Origin: Flavobacteriales bacterium
GTDB lineage: Bacteria > Bacteroidota > Bacteroidia > Flavobacteriales_D > JAHECK01
NCBI GenBank assembly: GCA_030591505.1
Contig: JAUVAY010000002.1
Location: 1-52,446 of the forward strand
Reading direction: 5' to 3'
Length of the DNA stretch: 52,446 nucleotides
Of this stretch, positions 1 through 8,861 are shown piece by piece (within the stretch, counting starts at the first letter, position 1; each line of letters begins with the position of its first letter). Made by a program: the position numbers and the translations under genes. The notes beneath the pieces are model-generated. The model searched no databases. It worked only from the letters and a program-made list of their open reading frames with translations, and was not told where the DNA came from.

Positions 1-1635
1 CAATACTTCTCTTCCGATTCCATCCATAATATAGATCTCACTCATCACAGCCATTTCATTTCTGATAATAACTGCTGAAGAAGCAGGGTTAGGGAAAATA
101 CTCATCGCATTTTGAATAGCTGGATTTTCAGCAATACCTGTAACTAAGTTACATGCTAATACAGCTCTTGGGTGAAGATAGCCTTGTATCGTATCGATGT
201 AGGCTAATCCTTTCTCCTGGCTCATGTCAGGATTAGAAAACAATCCACTTCCATTAAGAGCAGCAGCATCAAAAGAAGTTCCTAAAGCTGCATTTGTACC
301 AGCAACAACTGCTTCTAGAGTTGTAAGATCCCACCAATCCCATGGTGCTCCCTGGTTTCCAAATACACTTACATCACCGTTTAAAGGAAGTAAGAAAGGA
401 TACAAACCTTCTGGAGAACTATTTACTGTAATTGTTGGTTCCGTAGCAAATATATAATCATACTCTACACCATAATGTGCTCTTGCAGCATCTGTAAACT
501 CATCACCATCAGGAATACTTGCAAATGCATCATTGTTACCAAAATTATTTGCCCGTTGGATAAATACATTAGCTCCATCTACATCAACAACATTTTCGTT
601 GGTAGTAGGTACCACCACTGTTCCATGTCCAAACGGAGCATAAGGGTCACGAATACAATGGAAGGCAACCATTGCAGGCTCACCTTCATCTAACCAAGTA
701 GAGTCAGCTAAAGCCCCTCCTATATTCACTGACATGCATATATCTTTAGATAAGCCTAATTGTTGTAAAGGATCATTAAGTCGTACAAATCCTGGTCCTC
801 CATCTAAATCACCATCTCTAGATTCAATAATGTATGGGTAACCTGTATCACCATCAATAAATTTTGGAAGGCTGGCAACCTCACCAATATAATCATCAAG
901 AGTAGCATAAGCTTGAGATACATATCCTCCGGATCCTTGACCGATCAAAGATATCTTATCTCCATCTACTCCATATACAGCAGACAATGCTCTTAAATAA
1001 CGAACAGCAGATTGAGTATCATGTATTGATCTATAAACTGCTTGTAATAAAGTACCTCTTCTTACATTTTCATTAGTTGAAAGTGGATTCCAACCTAATC
1101 TGTAATTAATGGATACAGCAACATAGCCTCTCTTTGCCATTTGCTTACAAACATTTACAGCTACACTATCTCCTTTGTCTCCGGTGATTGCTCCATTAAA
1201 TAATGCTGGAAGGAAATTACCTGTGTGTATATAAATAAAAACTGGACGGTCAGTGATCACATCACTTGCTGGAGGAGAGTATATATCCATTTCCAATGGT
1301 GTAATCTTTACCATAGTATGAACAGAATCAGGTAAAGCTGAATTAGGATAAAAGAAGTTCAGATAAGATAATAATGTATCTGGGCTTGTAGTTGATTCAG
1401 CGATCAATCCATTAATAAAAGCCATTTCATTTACCCATTGAGTAGAGTCAGCAACCCATGTTCCACTAGCAGCATCAGGAAAGACTGCAATTAATGGGTT
1501 AACATTAACCCCAAATTTCACGTCTTCCTCTAATTGGTAACTATCAAATACTTCTGTTAAATAACGCTGTGCCATTAGCTGACTTGTACTAAGAATGGCA
1601 AAAAGCATTATCAATAATTGTAAAGTTTTTTTCAT
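1..1635 (-). CDS. Exported alpha/beta-hydrolase-fold (esterase/lipase-like) protein with T9SS C-terminal sorting domain, 3'-partial
   Basis: This gene is not in the supplied ORF track because it has no stop inside the window. A reverse-strand ATG at 1635-1633 opens a frame that stays open to position 1 (545 codons, hand-translated). It starts with a signal peptide, MKKTLQLLIMLFAILSTSQLMAQ. 'VFIYIHTGNF' and 'LIGQGSGGY' resemble the HGGG and GxSxG blocks of esterases. The last visible residues, 'SIFPNPASSAVIIRNEMAVMSEIYIMDGIGREVL', look like the start of a T9SS type-A sorting domain. The C-terminus lies outside the window. Confidence 0.6.
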   Translation of the reverse strand, partial: MKKTLQLLIMLFAILSTSQLMAQRYLTEVFDSYQLEEDVKFGVNVNPLIAVFPDAASGTWVADSTQWVNEMAFINGLIAESTTSPDTLLSYLNFFYPNSALPDSVHTMVKITPLEMDIYSPPASDVITDRPVFIYIHTGNFLPALFNGAITGDKGDSVAVNVCKQMAKRGYVAVSINYRLGWNPLSTNENVRRGTLLQAVYRSIHDTQSAVRYLRALSAVYGVDGDKISLIGQGSGGYVSQAYATLDDYIGEVASLPKFIDGDTGYPYIIESRDGDLDGGPGFVRLNDPLQQLGLSKDICMSVNIGGALADSTWLDEGEPAMVAFHCIRDPYAPFGHGTVVVPTTNENVVDVDGANVFIQRANNFGNNDAFASIPDGDEFTDAARAHYGVEYDYIFATEPTITVNSSPEGLYPFLLPLNGDVSVFGNQGAPWDWWDLTTLEAVVAGTNAALGTSFDAAALNGSGLFSNPDMSQEKGLAYIDTIQGYLHPRAVLACNLVTGIAENPAIQNAMSIFPNPASSAVIIRNEMAVMSEIYIMDGIGREVL

Positions 1636-1692
1636 AATCTATTTGTTTTTTTGTTTGTGATGTATTGTTTAAATATAATTAATTTTTAGCTA

Positions 1693-4572
1693 TTATTTTT
1701 TCACCCAATCATAGGATACAGAAAAGTAAGCTAATCTTCCTACTTGTGGGCCTCCATAAACTTGATATACTTTATTATTAAGAAGATTCGATGAGCCTAA
1801 TTTGAATGTCATATTTGTTGCTACCCAGCGATAATTGACTTGGGCATCTACTAAATAATAAGATTCAACAAATCCTGTGAATTGTGGAGAACCTTCAAAT
1901 ATAAATCCATCGATCCATTTGAAATTAACCCCAAATCCGAAGTATTTTGCTCCAAATAATACAATGTCTCTACCATTAACACCAAGATTAAATTTATGTT
2001 CCGGTGTATTAAAAGCAGGAATAATAGGATCGTCTGATCCTTGAAGGTCTAATTTATTCCATGAGTAATTTCCGTTCAGCACCCAGTTATTTCCTAAGTA
2101 ATAATTTAATCCCACATTTACTCCTTGTGTGGTAACCTGGTCAGTAGCATTAGCAGCAATTCGATATACTTGAAATTCTGATGGAAGTGGATTGGCTGGA
2201 TTGTAATCAATGTCTACACCTAAGTTAAATCCGATAAAATGTTGGTACCAACTATGGTAATAGGAAAGATCTAAATAGAATTTTTTCTTTATCATTCCTC
2301 GGTAGCCAAATTCAATGGTTTGAACTTGTTCAGGACGAATGGGGGCAACATCAAAGAAATCCAATTTATCCCATCCAAAAGTAGGTACTGAATTTATTGC
2401 GTCAATAAATGAGTCAACAGAAACTAATGAATCTCTTCCATTTAAGTTTCCAATAAGGATGGCCCTTCCAACATCGTAGTATAAATATTGATCAGCCATT
2501 GTTGGGTTCCGAACTGCTGTGCTATACGTAGCTCTAAAAGTATGGTCTTTTTCAGGGCTGTAAACACCAGAAATTGCTGGTGAAAAAACAGGCTCAAAAT
2601 TCTCATTCTTATCCATTCGAATTGTTGCATCCAATATCAATTTGTTCTCCAGAAGTTTGTAATTAAGTCCGGCAACTAGTCCCATATTCCAATTGGTGAT
2701 CACTACATCAGCTGTATCTTCAAAAATAGTACCTCTCGAATCAGGTGTATACAGTCTCGCATTTCCACCAACTGTCAAGCCAAGGTTCTCAGCAAGATTA
2801 AAAATGTACTGTGCATCAATATTGTAAAGAGCAGATTTATCGTATAAACGAGATCCTCCTTCAGTAAATAATAGAGAAGTGACATCAGCTAATAAAGAAT
2901 CATAACGTGCTGTACCTGGTCTGTAAAAGGAATGGTCAGTTGCTGATGCGGTTAGATCTTCTGCTGCTCTTCGCGATTGTGCATGCCAATGTAGCATACT
3001 ATCCGGATTCATATCCATCCATTCATTTTGCATAGAAGAAGTCTCAGAATTCCAGTCTAGATTGGCTTGAGCAAAAATAACAAGAGCTTCATCGAAAGAA
3101 CAACCACAAGTAGCGAGAATATCAGAAAGTGAAGGTTGATTCGTAGCGTTATCAGGCATCCCTGATGCATACATTGAAGGGACGACAACATCCTGATAAT
3201 AACCGGAATAATCACGATAAAAATCACCTTCCGACTTAGAAGCCTCACTCATTTCGAAAGCAGTTACAACAGCATCATAAGATTTACCTGCATCTTCATT
3301 CGTTGAATAGACGCGAACAAAAAATTTGTCATTTTGTTTTACTTCTAATTTATGCTGAAAGAATTGAATGTCTTTTAAACTATAGCGATTATCTCCTTGA
3401 TATACAGTAGTACCTGTGCTATAGTTGAATCCATAATTGATTTCCACTTTATCGGTGAGCATATAGTATAAACCCAAATTGGTTTTGATATTATCAGTAT
3501 TATAATCTACAATATCCTTTTCCTCATAACCAGTTCTATAGATTCTTCCTAGTCCGGGAAAATCGATAGGATTACCAGTAAAGTCATTTCCTCCTGTCAG
3601 CACTTCATCACCATAGCGGTTTACCGCATCGTATCCAGCATAATTATCTACACCGTCTTCACTTGAGTTACTGGCGTCCATATTCGTTGCTTCCCAGTCG
3701 TTGGCTCTCATCGCCAATATATTTAACTTATACGCAAACTTGTTTTTTCCTTCTTTGTTTTTAAATACCTGAGCCCATCGTACTGAGGCTTGAAATAAAC
3801 TTCGTTCTCCCACTTTCACTTCGGCAGATAAGCCTTGAAATAACCAAGGAGACTTAGAGGTCATGTTTATTACACCATTAAAAGCACCAGGTCCGAAAAA
3901 AGCAGAACTCGCTCCCGAAACAATTTCCACTTTCATTACGTCAAGATCAGGTGCTCCAAGAAAGTTACCTAATGAGAAATTTAAACCTGGAGATTGATTA
4001 TCAACACCATCAATTAATTGCAAAGATCGAACAGGAGAAGTAGAATTAAATCCTCTTGTATTGATTACTTTAAAACCCAGACTGGCAGAGGTAACATCAA
4101 CACCTTTCATATTTCCTAGGCTCTCGTAAAAACTTCCGGAGGCTGCTTCTTTAATAGCGAGTACATCCATCGTTTCTGTAGTTAGCGCCGCCATCTGCTC
4201 TTTTTCAGAGATTCTGCTTCCTACTATCTGGACTTCATCCATTAAGACTTGGTCAGTAGATAATTTTATTTTGATGCTTTCACTCACATCAAGAACTTCA
4301 TATTCAAAATTCAAGTAGCCTATAAAACTTATAACTAAGGTGAAAGGTGGAGATTGATTAGTAGAAAATTCGAATTCTCCATCAATGTTTGTAGTAGAAC
4401 CGATGGTGGTGCCTTTAATAACAACACTGGCACCTATTAAGTCCTCTCCAGTTTGTTGATCTGTGATCTTACCCTTAATTGTATTTTCTTGCGCAAATGC
4501 ACTATTTGCATTAGCAACCCAAAAAGCTAAAAATAGAATAAGTGTCGAAAAATAGTTTAATCGTTTAATCAA
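1693..4572 (-). CDS. TonB-dependent outer-membrane receptor (CarboxypepD_reg N-terminal domain + plug + beta-barrel)
   Basis: 959 aa with signal peptide ...NSAFAQ. 'IKGKITDQQTGEDLIGASVVIKGTTIGSTTNIDGEFEF' is the typical carboxypeptidase-regulatory-like N-domain of Bacteroidota TBDTs. 'DEVQIVGSR' is a TonB-box/plug region. A long Gly/Tyr/Asn-rich barrel segment ends in aromatic-rich 'YFSVSYDWVKK'. Confidence 0.85.
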   Translation of the reverse strand: MIKRLNYFSTLILFLAFWVANANSAFAQENTIKGKITDQQTGEDLIGASVVIKGTTIGSTTNIDGEFEFSTNQSPPFTLVISFIGYLNFEYEVLDVSESIKIKLSTDQVLMDEVQIVGSRISEKEQMAALTTETMDVLAIKEAASGSFYESLGNMKGVDVTSASLGFKVINTRGFNSTSPVRSLQLIDGVDNQSPGLNFSLGNFLGAPDLDVMKVEIVSGASSAFFGPGAFNGVINMTSKSPWLFQGLSAEVKVGERSLFQASVRWAQVFKNKEGKNKFAYKLNILAMRANDWEATNMDASNSSEDGVDNYAGYDAVNRYGDEVLTGGNDFTGNPIDFPGLGRIYRTGYEEKDIVDYNTDNIKTNLGLYYMLTDKVEINYGFNYSTGTTVYQGDNRYSLKDIQFFQHKLEVKQNDKFFVRVYSTNEDAGKSYDAVVTAFEMSEASKSEGDFYRDYSGYYQDVVVPSMYASGMPDNATNQPSLSDILATCGCSFDEALVIFAQANLDWNSETSSMQNEWMDMNPDSMLHWHAQSRRAAEDLTASATDHSFYRPGTARYDSLLADVTSLLFTEGGSRLYDKSALYNIDAQYIFNLAENLGLTVGGNARLYTPDSRGTIFEDTADVVITNWNMGLVAGLNYKLLENKLILDATIRMDKNENFEPVFSPAISGVYSPEKDHTFRATYSTAVRNPTMADQYLYYDVGRAILIGNLNGRDSLVSVDSFIDAINSVPTFGWDKLDFFDVAPIRPEQVQTIEFGYRGMIKKKFYLDLSYYHSWYQHFIGFNLGVDIDYNPANPLPSEFQVYRIAANATDQVTTQGVNVGLNYYLGNNWVLNGNYSWNKLDLQGSDDPIIPAFNTPEHKFNLGVNGRDIVLFGAKYFGFGVNFKWIDGFIFEGSPQFTGFVESYYLVDAQVNYRWVATNMTFKLGSSNLLNNKVYQVYGGPQVGRLAYFSVSYDWVKK

Positions 4573-4625
4573 TGCCTTAGGTCTTTAAAAATAGAATACT
4601 CGGCAATATATAATAATTAAGCTAT

Positions 4626-4892
4626 TTATTGAATGTTTTTTAGGTATTGGATTATGTCAGTTCCATAGGCCACTAATTCATTTTCCTTATTAAAAAGAGC
4701 AGGAGTAGCAATTATAGGTATAGGCGGAGAACTATTTTTTTGTTCACAATCAACATAATTGAACGATACTTTATTGCTCTCCATAAATGATTTTACCTTA
4801 TCACAATCGTGACAAAGTTTTCTGTAATAAAGTATAAAGTCTGCAGATTGAGGTTTTGTTTTACCAAAGAGGAGTTTCTTAATAAAATTCAT
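4626..4892 (-). CDS. Small thioredoxin-fold / glutaredoxin-like protein (CxxC)
   Basis: 88 aa. The 'YYRKLCHDCDKVK' CxxC motif near the N-terminus and the 'PALF...' segment fit a Grx/NrdH-like fold. It lies 3 nt downstream of the Crp-family gene. Confidence 0.5.
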   Translation of the reverse strand: MNFIKKLLFGKTKPQSADFILYYRKLCHDCDKVKSFMESNKVSFNYVDCEQKNSSPPIPIIATPALFNKENELVAYGTDIIQYLKNIQ

Positions 4893-4895
4893 TGT

Positions 4896-5579
4896 TTAAT
4901 TTAAGTTTTCTATATCTCTTATCAGTATTTTTTTTCTTTCCATAAAAATGAGATTCTTATCTCTCAACTCATTGAGTGTTACTGTAACTGTTTGTCTAGA
5001 TGTTGCTGTTAAATTAGCGAAATCTTGATGTGTAAGATCATGTTTTAACAATATTTCGTCACCTATTTGAGTTCCATATTTTTCAGCCATTTGTTTGATG
5101 AGATCAACGATTCGCGTACGTGCATCTTTGAAAATCAGTGATTCCATTTTACGCTCCACGTTCATTAATCTTTCACCAATACTTTTTGTTACTGCCAAAC
5201 TTAGTTTAGCATTTTTATTCATAATTTCTTTAATGTCTTCAACATTCGTAGCACAGATCATAACATCGTCATCTAAGGCCTGAGCAAAGTCACTTCTTTT
5301 TTCCTGACCCGCGATCGACATCTCACCGAAGATTTCGCCTGGATGTAAAATCGCTTTAATAATCTCCTTTCCATCATCTGTAAATTTTCCAATCTTTACT
5401 CTTCCACGCTTTAAAAAGAATACCACCTTCGAAGGGTCATTCGGAAAATAGATATATTCATTTTTTGCACTGGCGCGCATGGTGGTTAAGCTGGCAAACA
5501 TTTTTAATTCGCCTTCTTGAAAGTCCTTTAGCAGATTTACTTTTTCGAGGTACCATAACTTCGAATGCTGTGCTGACAT
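4896..5579 (-). CDS. Crp/Fnr-family transcriptional regulator
   Basis: 227 aa. It has a cNMP-binding beta-roll ('GEIFGEMSIAG') and a C-terminal HTH ('TSRQTVTVTLNELRDKNLI'). Confidence 0.85.
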   Translation of the reverse strand: MSAQHSKLWYLEKVNLLKDFQEGELKMFASLTTMRASAKNEYIYFPNDPSKVVFFLKRGRVKIGKFTDDGKEIIKAILHPGEIFGEMSIAGQEKRSDFAQALDDDVMICATNVEDIKEIMNKNAKLSLAVTKSIGERLMNVERKMESLIFKDARTRIVDLIKQMAEKYGTQIGDEILLKHDLTHQDFANLTATSRQTVTVTLNELRDKNLIFMERKKILIRDIENLN

Positions 5580-5625
5580 AAATTTTTGCTTATATTAATT
5601 CATTAAATAAAATAAAAAGTAAATT

Positions 5626-6117
5626 CTATTCCAATGATTCGGTATAGAAATTAAGCTCTTTGTCGTCTAATTGCTTTGTAATATAAGCAATTTGGCCGGT
5701 ATGATAGGAAAAGTGCTCAATAACGTGGATGATGATAGCCACCCCATATTCTTCGTAAACCTGTACCGAATAACGTTTTTCTAAGTCCTTTTGTTCTATT
5801 TCGTCAATGAATAAAAGTAGTTCTTCTTGCAATTGCAATAATCTCAACTTTAGGCTTTCTTTATTTTCGTTTTTATGTAACGAGAATTCTTCGGATCGCA
5901 TTCTTTTATCAATTTTCCCATCAAAAGAACTGCTCATCCATTGCCTTAGGTTACCCTCTAGATGTAAAATTAAATTACCTATACTATTGTTATGTTTGTT
6001 TTGACTAAACCAAACTTGTTCTTCACTTAAACGATCGAGGCATTTGAAAATGCGAACATAGGATTCATCAAAGATACGACGCTTAAATTCTTGTATGATC
6101 AGTTTAGTTAGATCCAA
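5626..6117 (-). CDS. DinB-superfamily (DUF1572-like) four-helix-bundle protein
   Basis: 163 aa. The His-containing helices 'ILHLEGNLRQW' and 'HVIEHFSYHTGQIAYI' are typical of DinB/YfiT-like proteins. Confidence 0.6.
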   Translation of the reverse strand: MDLTKLIIQEFKRRIFDESYVRIFKCLDRLSEEQVWFSQNKHNNSIGNLILHLEGNLRQWMSSSFDGKIDKRMRSEEFSLHKNENKESLKLRLLQLQEELLLFIDEIEQKDLEKRYSVQVYEEYGVAIIIHVIEHFSYHTGQIAYITKQLDDKELNFYTESLE

Positions 6118-6120
6118 TGG

Positions 6121-6525
6121 CTACTTAAATTTAATAATTGTGTTAAGCTGAGTTGCTTGGTTTCCTGAATCATCAAAGGCATCAATACTCACCGTAAGTT
6201 GATGCTTTAATTGAAATATTGAATCAGGAAGGGTTACGTTTAATGAACCGGTATAAGCATTAGCATTAATACTTTGGATGTTTAAATAAAAATAACCAGA
6301 ATCTAAATTGGCATTCTCTACTATCTTAATTTTCGAATCCACAATAAGTTCATTATCGAAAACTTCGTATACTATACTCAATTTAGGTACTCCTATATAT
6401 ATGACCTCATCTGATTTCCCATTCACTTCTAAGAAAGATATAACCGGAGGTTCTTTATCTACTTTTACACATGAGTAAAGAAAGAATACAACGAAGAATA
6501 ACGCTATGCTAGAATTTCTTTTCAT
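6121..6525 (-). CDS. Hypothetical lipoprotein
   Basis: 134 aa with a signal peptide and lipobox-like 'FLYSC'. It overlaps the upstream GNAT gene by 4 nt. No recognisable domain. Confidence 0.5.
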   Translation of the reverse strand: MKRNSSIALFFVVFFLYSCVKVDKEPPVISFLEVNGKSDEVIYIGVPKLSIVYEVFDNELIVDSKIKIVENANLDSGYFYLNIQSINANAYTGSLNVTLPDSIFQLKHQLTVSIDAFDDSGNQATQLNTIIKFK

Positions 6526-7010
6526 GAAAGGTCTATTTTCATTAATAAATGTGGTCCTATTCCAGGAATATCAAATTCTTCTGAGCTAACTTCCATACCC
6601 ATTTTTTCATACAATGCTATTGCATTCATTCTTGCATTACACCATATCTGATCGCCATCGAGGTGTTTTATCTTTTTAAAAGCAAAGGCTAATAGATCAC
6701 TTGCAAAGCCTTTATTCCTATACTTATCTAAAGTAGCCATTCCTCTAAATCTAAATTGAACTTTACCACTTAATTGAGGATTGTTTTCTTTATAAAATGA
6801 AACGATGGCAACTTGATTACCTTCAAGAAATGCTCCAAGATGAAATGCCCCAGGATCATCATCGCTTGGATATATACACGTTGAAATATCTTGACCGGGT
6901 CGGAGGATCTCACTTCGGATTGGCGTCGTATCTTTAGAAGTTATTTCTTTTATCAAAAGCATACACGAAAATAAGATTTCCATACTATTAATTATATTGT
7001 TCGAGGCCAT
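6522..7010 (-). CDS. GNAT-family N-acetyltransferase
   Basis: The acetyl-CoA binding block is 'RFRGMATLDKYRNKGFASDLLAFAF'. The biological start is probably the internal ATG at 6962-6960 ('MLLIKEITSKD...') rather than 7010. Confidence 0.75.
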   Translation of the reverse strand: MASNNIINSMEILFSCMLLIKEITSKDTTPIRSEILRPGQDISTCIYPSDDDPGAFHLGAFLEGNQVAIVSFYKENNPQLSGKVQFRFRGMATLDKYRNKGFASDLLAFAFKKIKHLDGDQIWCNARMNAIALYEKMGMEVSSEEFDIPGIGPHLLMKIDLS

Positions 7011-7080
7011 TTGTATAGAATATCATAGTTTTAATACAACCGAGTAATTATATTTACGTTATAGAGATGTACATCGACCT

Positions 7081-7833
7081 ATGAAAAAAACTATTTTATT
7101 TATATTACTATCTGCTTTCCTTGTTTATTCTTCTTGTGATAAAGAAGAAGAGAATGGGGATTCAACACTTCATTTAGAGTTTGATTTTCAATATGAAAAC
7201 AATAATTTTATTATTAATCAAGTCTATACTTATCCATTAGACTATAGTTTTAAAATTGAAAAATTACAACTGTATATTTCTGAAGTTAAATTGATTGATC
7301 AAGATGGTGGAAGCCATGATCTTAGTAAGATTATTTTTGTAGATAGCGATTCTGATGAGAATGGAATCACGACTATAATTCCTGAAGGAAATTATACGAG
7401 TATAACCTTTTCTATTGGAGTTCCGCAAAGTATGAATGGAACTCAAGATCCTGATTTTGAAGCTGCTTTATACGACCCTGATCACCCCTTGAGTTTAAGT
7501 AATGCAATGTACTGGACCTGGAATACTGGATATAGATTTGTATTAATAGACGGGAGGATAAATACGAACCCTACGGAGGATGAAGAATTTGAAACCTTGT
7601 TATCGATACATACCGGAAAAGATTATTCCTTTAGAACTAAAACACTCAATTTAAATTATTCTGCTATTAAAGATAATGCCGGAAGTATAATGATGACCTT
7701 TAATGTTGAAGAGTTTTTAGCAGGGGAAAACGATATTATAGATATTGCTGTTGATAACCAATCTCATGGTACAAATGAAGGTTTAGCTAATCGATTATCA
7801 GACAATGTGATCAAGGCTGTAGCGATAAAATGA
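7081..7833 (+). CDS. MbnP-like 'WxW' lipoprotein (putative copper-binding partner of di-heme MbnH-type enzymes)
   Basis: 250 aa with a lipoprotein signal ('VYSSC'). The only two Trp residues sit in 'AMYWTWNTGYRF' (W145 at 7513-7515, W147 at 7519-7521), matching the WxW signature of MbnP-like proteins. A 4-nt ATGA overlap joins it to a di-heme peroxidase gene. The assignment rests on motif, size and context only. Confidence 0.5.
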   Translation: MKKTILFILLSAFLVYSSCDKEEENGDSTLHLEFDFQYENNNFIINQVYTYPLDYSFKIEKLQLYISEVKLIDQDGGSHDLSKIIFVDSDSDENGITTIIPEGNYTSITFSIGVPQSMNGTQDPDFEAALYDPDHPLSLSNAMYWTWNTGYRFVLIDGRINTNPTEDEEFETLLSIHTGKDYSFRTKTLNLNYSAIKDNAGSIMMTFNVEEFLAGENDIIDIAVDNQSHGTNEGLANRLSDNVIKAVAIK

Positions 7834-8861
7834 CAAATCGAAAATCATTTATTTTATTATTTGTAATTATTGGTCTTAGCATATTGTCATGTGACCAATC
7901 GACTGTTGAGCTTCCATCAGAAAGAAGTTGGAATATAAATTTACCTGATCATTTTGATCAACTTATTATTCCTGAAAGAAATCCAATGAATGAGGCTAAG
8001 ATAGAATTGGGTAACTACTTGTTTTACGATAAAGCCCTTTCAAAAGATAGCAGCACTTCCTGTGCTTCATGTCATTTACCTCAATTAGCTTTTAGTGATG
8101 GTAGAGTTAAGGGGATTGGAATTGGGGATAGTATTGGAATGCGTAATTCTCCAGTATTGATAAACTTGGCCTATTCTCCGGCATTTATGATGGACGGAGG
8201 AGTACCTACGCTCGAATTGCAAGTTATAGCACCATTGATGCATGAAGGTGAAATGGGATTTGATCTATTCGAATTGGAGGATAGGTTTTCTGAGAATAAA
8301 TTATACCAGGATCTTTCAAAGAAATCCTTTAACAGAAGGCTAGATGCCAAAGCAATTGCTTATTCCTTAGCCGCTTTTCAACGAACAATAGTATCGTATG
8401 AAAGCAATTTTGATAAATTTATAGCAGGAGATAAAAGTATTTTTAATGTTGAGGAATTAAGAGGTTATGAATTATTTAATAGTGATTCGTTAAATTGCTC
8501 AGCTTGTCATACAGGGTTTAATTTCACGGATTATAATTATTATAATATTGGATTATATGAGCTATATCTGGATAAAGGGAGAGGACGTGTAACAGAAGAC
8601 AATAAGGATTACGGGAAATTTAAAGTTCCGACCTTAAGAAATGTAGAAATGAGTCGACCCTATATGCATGATGGTTCAATGGCCTCTTTAGAAGAAGTTG
8701 TTGAATTTAAAATGACAGGCGGAAAGGAACATATTAATAAAAGTGATAATTTTAAAAGCTTTAATCTAAGTGAAGATGATCAAAAAGCTTTACTTGCATT
8801 TTTAAAGACCCTAAGTGATACAAACTTTGTATCAAGAGAGTTGACTAGAATTAAGGAATGA
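7830..8861 (+). CDS. Di-heme cytochrome c peroxidase family protein (MbnH/MauG-like), paralogue 1
   Basis: 343 aa with a lipobox ('SILSC'). Two CxxCH heme motifs are present: CASCH at 8061-8075 and CSACH at 8496-8510. It carries 'FKVPTLRNV' and 'PYMHDG', the CCP/MauG family blocks. Confidence 0.8.
   Translation: MTNRKSFILLFVIIGLSILSCDQSTVELPSERSWNINLPDHFDQLIIPERNPMNEAKIELGNYLFYDKALSKDSSTSCASCHLPQLAFSDGRVKGIGIGDSIGMRNSPVLINLAYSPAFMMDGGVPTLELQVIAPLMHEGEMGFDLFELEDRFSENKLYQDLSKKSFNRRLDAKAIAYSLAAFQRTIVSYESNFDKFIAGDKSIFNVEELRGYELFNSDSLNCSACHTGFNFTDYNYYNIGLYELYLDKGRGRVTEDNKDYGKFKVPTLRNVEMSRPYMHDGSMASLEEVVEFKMTGGKEHINKSDNFKSFNLSEDDQKALLAFLKTLSDTNFVSRELTRIKE

Noticed and set aside
224-693. Two plus-strand ORFs from the track (224-457, 475-693).
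   Set aside because: They lie antisense inside a 545-codon open minus-strand frame with a signal peptide, hydrolase-like blocks and a T9SS tail. Their translations are low-complexity with no motifs. I treat them as shadow ORFs.
7011-7080. Promoter or operator elements in the divergent region between the GNAT array and the MbnP-like operon (near-matches TAGTTTTA at 7026-7033 and TATATTTA at 7049-7056).
   Set aside because: These are only imperfect matches to TAnnTTTG, and I could not draw a clear palindromic operator. This is too weak to annotate as a feature.
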